64,000 nt of DNA. Source: Thermoplasmatota archaeon. Its GTDB lineage: Archaea; Thermoplasmatota; E2; JACPAO01; JAHFTW01. Where the stretch lies: positions 46,026 to 110,025 of the forward strand of contig JBFIHX010000002.1 in assembly GCA_041601615.1 (NCBI GenBank), given 5' to 3'. The translations under genes and the position numbers were made by a program. Under the pieces are notes generated by a model. It worked only from the letters and a program-made list of their open reading frames with translations, searched no databases and was not told where the DNA came from. This document shows, piece after piece, positions 62,805-64,000 of the stretch; the first letter of the stretch is position 1; the number at the start of each line of letters is the position of its first letter.

Positions 62805-64000
62805 CTATTTGGGACTCCAACCTCGCATCAAGAGACTGTTGCCCACGACGCTGACACTGCTAAACGCCATGGCGCCCGCCGCAATCATCGGATTCAGCAA
62901 CCAGCCCGTCAAGGGGTACAAGGCCCCCATTGCAAGAGGAATCAGCAACACGTTGTAGCCGAACGCCCACACAAGGTTTTGACGAATTTTGCGCACCGTG
63001 TACGAAGACAACTGCATCGCAGTCACGGCACCGTTCAAGTCGCCGCGCACAAGCACAATGTCGCCCGTTTCTTTGGCCACATCCGTTCCCGTGCCCACCG
63101 CGATGCCCACATCCGCCTGTGCGAGGGCCGGCGCGTCGTTGATGCCATCGCCCACCATGGCAACCACTGAACCCGCCGCCTGCAACGCCTTGACGTGCTC
63201 GGATTTCTGTTCCGGGCGCACATTCGCCACCACTTCCGTGATGCCGACCTGAGCGGCCACCGTGCGTGCCGTCGCCTCGTTGTCGCCAGTCAAGAGCACC
63301 ACGCGGGCACCCATTTTATGCAAGCGCTCCACCGCAGCAGCACTAGAAGGTTTCACAGGATCAGCCACGGCCACGAGGCCAACGACCACGCCATCGAAGG
63401 CAACGAACACTGTCGTGCGTGCCTGACGCTCCTGCGATTCGAGTTTCGATTCCCAGTCGCCAAGCGCCACGCCTCGCGCAGCCATGAGTGCCCGGTTCCC
63501 CACAAGGACATCCACGCCATCTGAAGTCCCCGCAACACCCTGGCCTGCAATCGACTCGAATCCTTGGACCTTGGGCATTTGGATGCCGCGAGCCTTCGCG
63601 CCCTTGACAATGGCGTCGGCCACCGGGTGCTCGCTCTGGGATTCGACAGCAGCCACAAGCGCCAGCATCCAATCCTCGTGGGTGCCCTCGGCAGCCTCCA
63701 CGGCCACCAGTTTCGGGCGCCCTTCGGTTACGGTGCCCGTTTTGTCCAGCACCACCACATCCACGTCTCGGACCCGCTCCAGTGCCTCGCCGCCCTTGAT
63801 GAGAATGCCGCGAGCAGCACCCAGCCCCGTGCCCATCATGATCGCCGTGGGAGTCGCAAGCCCCATCGCGCACGGACACGCAATGACCAGAACGCTCACC
63901 GTGATGAGGGCAGCAAACACCGTCACGGTCTGGCTTGAGGGCAACCCGTACAGGTCTGCGCCAAGGGCCGCCCAGAAGATGCCTGCGGCCACCGCCAGGA
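62805..64000 (-). CDS. copA: Heavy-metal P1B-type ATPase (Cu+-exporting), 5' part outside the window
   Basis: [40 protein letters not shown]. Confidence 0.95.
   Translation of the reverse strand, partial: LAVAAGIFWAALGADLYGLPSSQTVTVFAALITVSVLVIACPCAMGLATPTAIMMGTGLGAARGILIKGGEALERVRDVDVVVLDKTGTVTEGRPKLVAVEAAEGTHEDWMLALVAAVESQSEHPVADAIVKGAKARGIQMPKVQGFESIAGQGVAGTSDGVDVLVGNRALMAARGVALGDWESKLESQERQARTTVFVAFDGVVVGLVAVADPVKPSSAAAVERLHKMGARVVLLTGDNEATARTVAAQVGITEVVANVRPEQKSEHVKALQAAGSVVAMVGDGINDAPALAQADVGIAVGTGTDVAKETGDIVLVRGDLNGAVTAMQLSSYTVRKIRQNLVWAFGYNVLLIPLAMGALYPLTGWLLNPMIAAGAMAFSSVSVVGNSLLMRGWSPK

Noticed and set aside
1-64000. CRISPR array, rRNA, SRP or RNase P RNA, IS elements
   Set aside because: By eye I saw no regularly spaced repeats, no hallmark motifs (e.g. 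GAGGAAAGTCC for RNase P) and no transposase ORFs. A covariance-model scan would be needed to exclude ncRNAs in the intergenic gaps at 25412-25592, 37262-37433 and 45547-45791.

Overview
64 kb of a high-GC archaeal chromosome, most likely an uncultured Thermoplasmatota lineage. The taxonomy is inferred from PurP, a DRG-type GTPase, an archaeal-style tRNA-Pro(UGG), a double winged-HTH regulator, many LxGC lipoproteins, and proteins with PGF-CTERM-like C-terminal tails. The gene content suggests an aerobic heterotroph: tryptophan 2,3-dioxygenase, FAH-family hydrolase, GST, two Rieske proteins, TspO, acyl-CoA dehydrogenase, ACT-malic enzyme and the agmatine deiminase route. I saw no CRISPR array, rRNA, integrase, transposase or phage gene. 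The most interesting items are: (1) a dispersed set of small secreted Cys-rich peptides, including an exact-length tandem paralog pair with a conserved 6-Cys scaffold, each behind a long AT-rich intergenic region; (2) a SNF2 helicase that looks like a YqhH-YqhG fusion, heading an apparently coupled run with queC-terC-queE; (3) a receiver domain fused to an isolated His-box/DHp-like hairpin with no ATPase domain; (4) a degenerate CTERM-like sorting tail shared by several surface proteins; (5) two enzymes whose default annotation is probably wrong (a dcd-like gene lacking the catalytic Glu, and a HAD lacking motifs III/IV). All family assignments come from motif recognition by eye, not database searches. 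Start codons were often moved from the ORF track and remain approximate.
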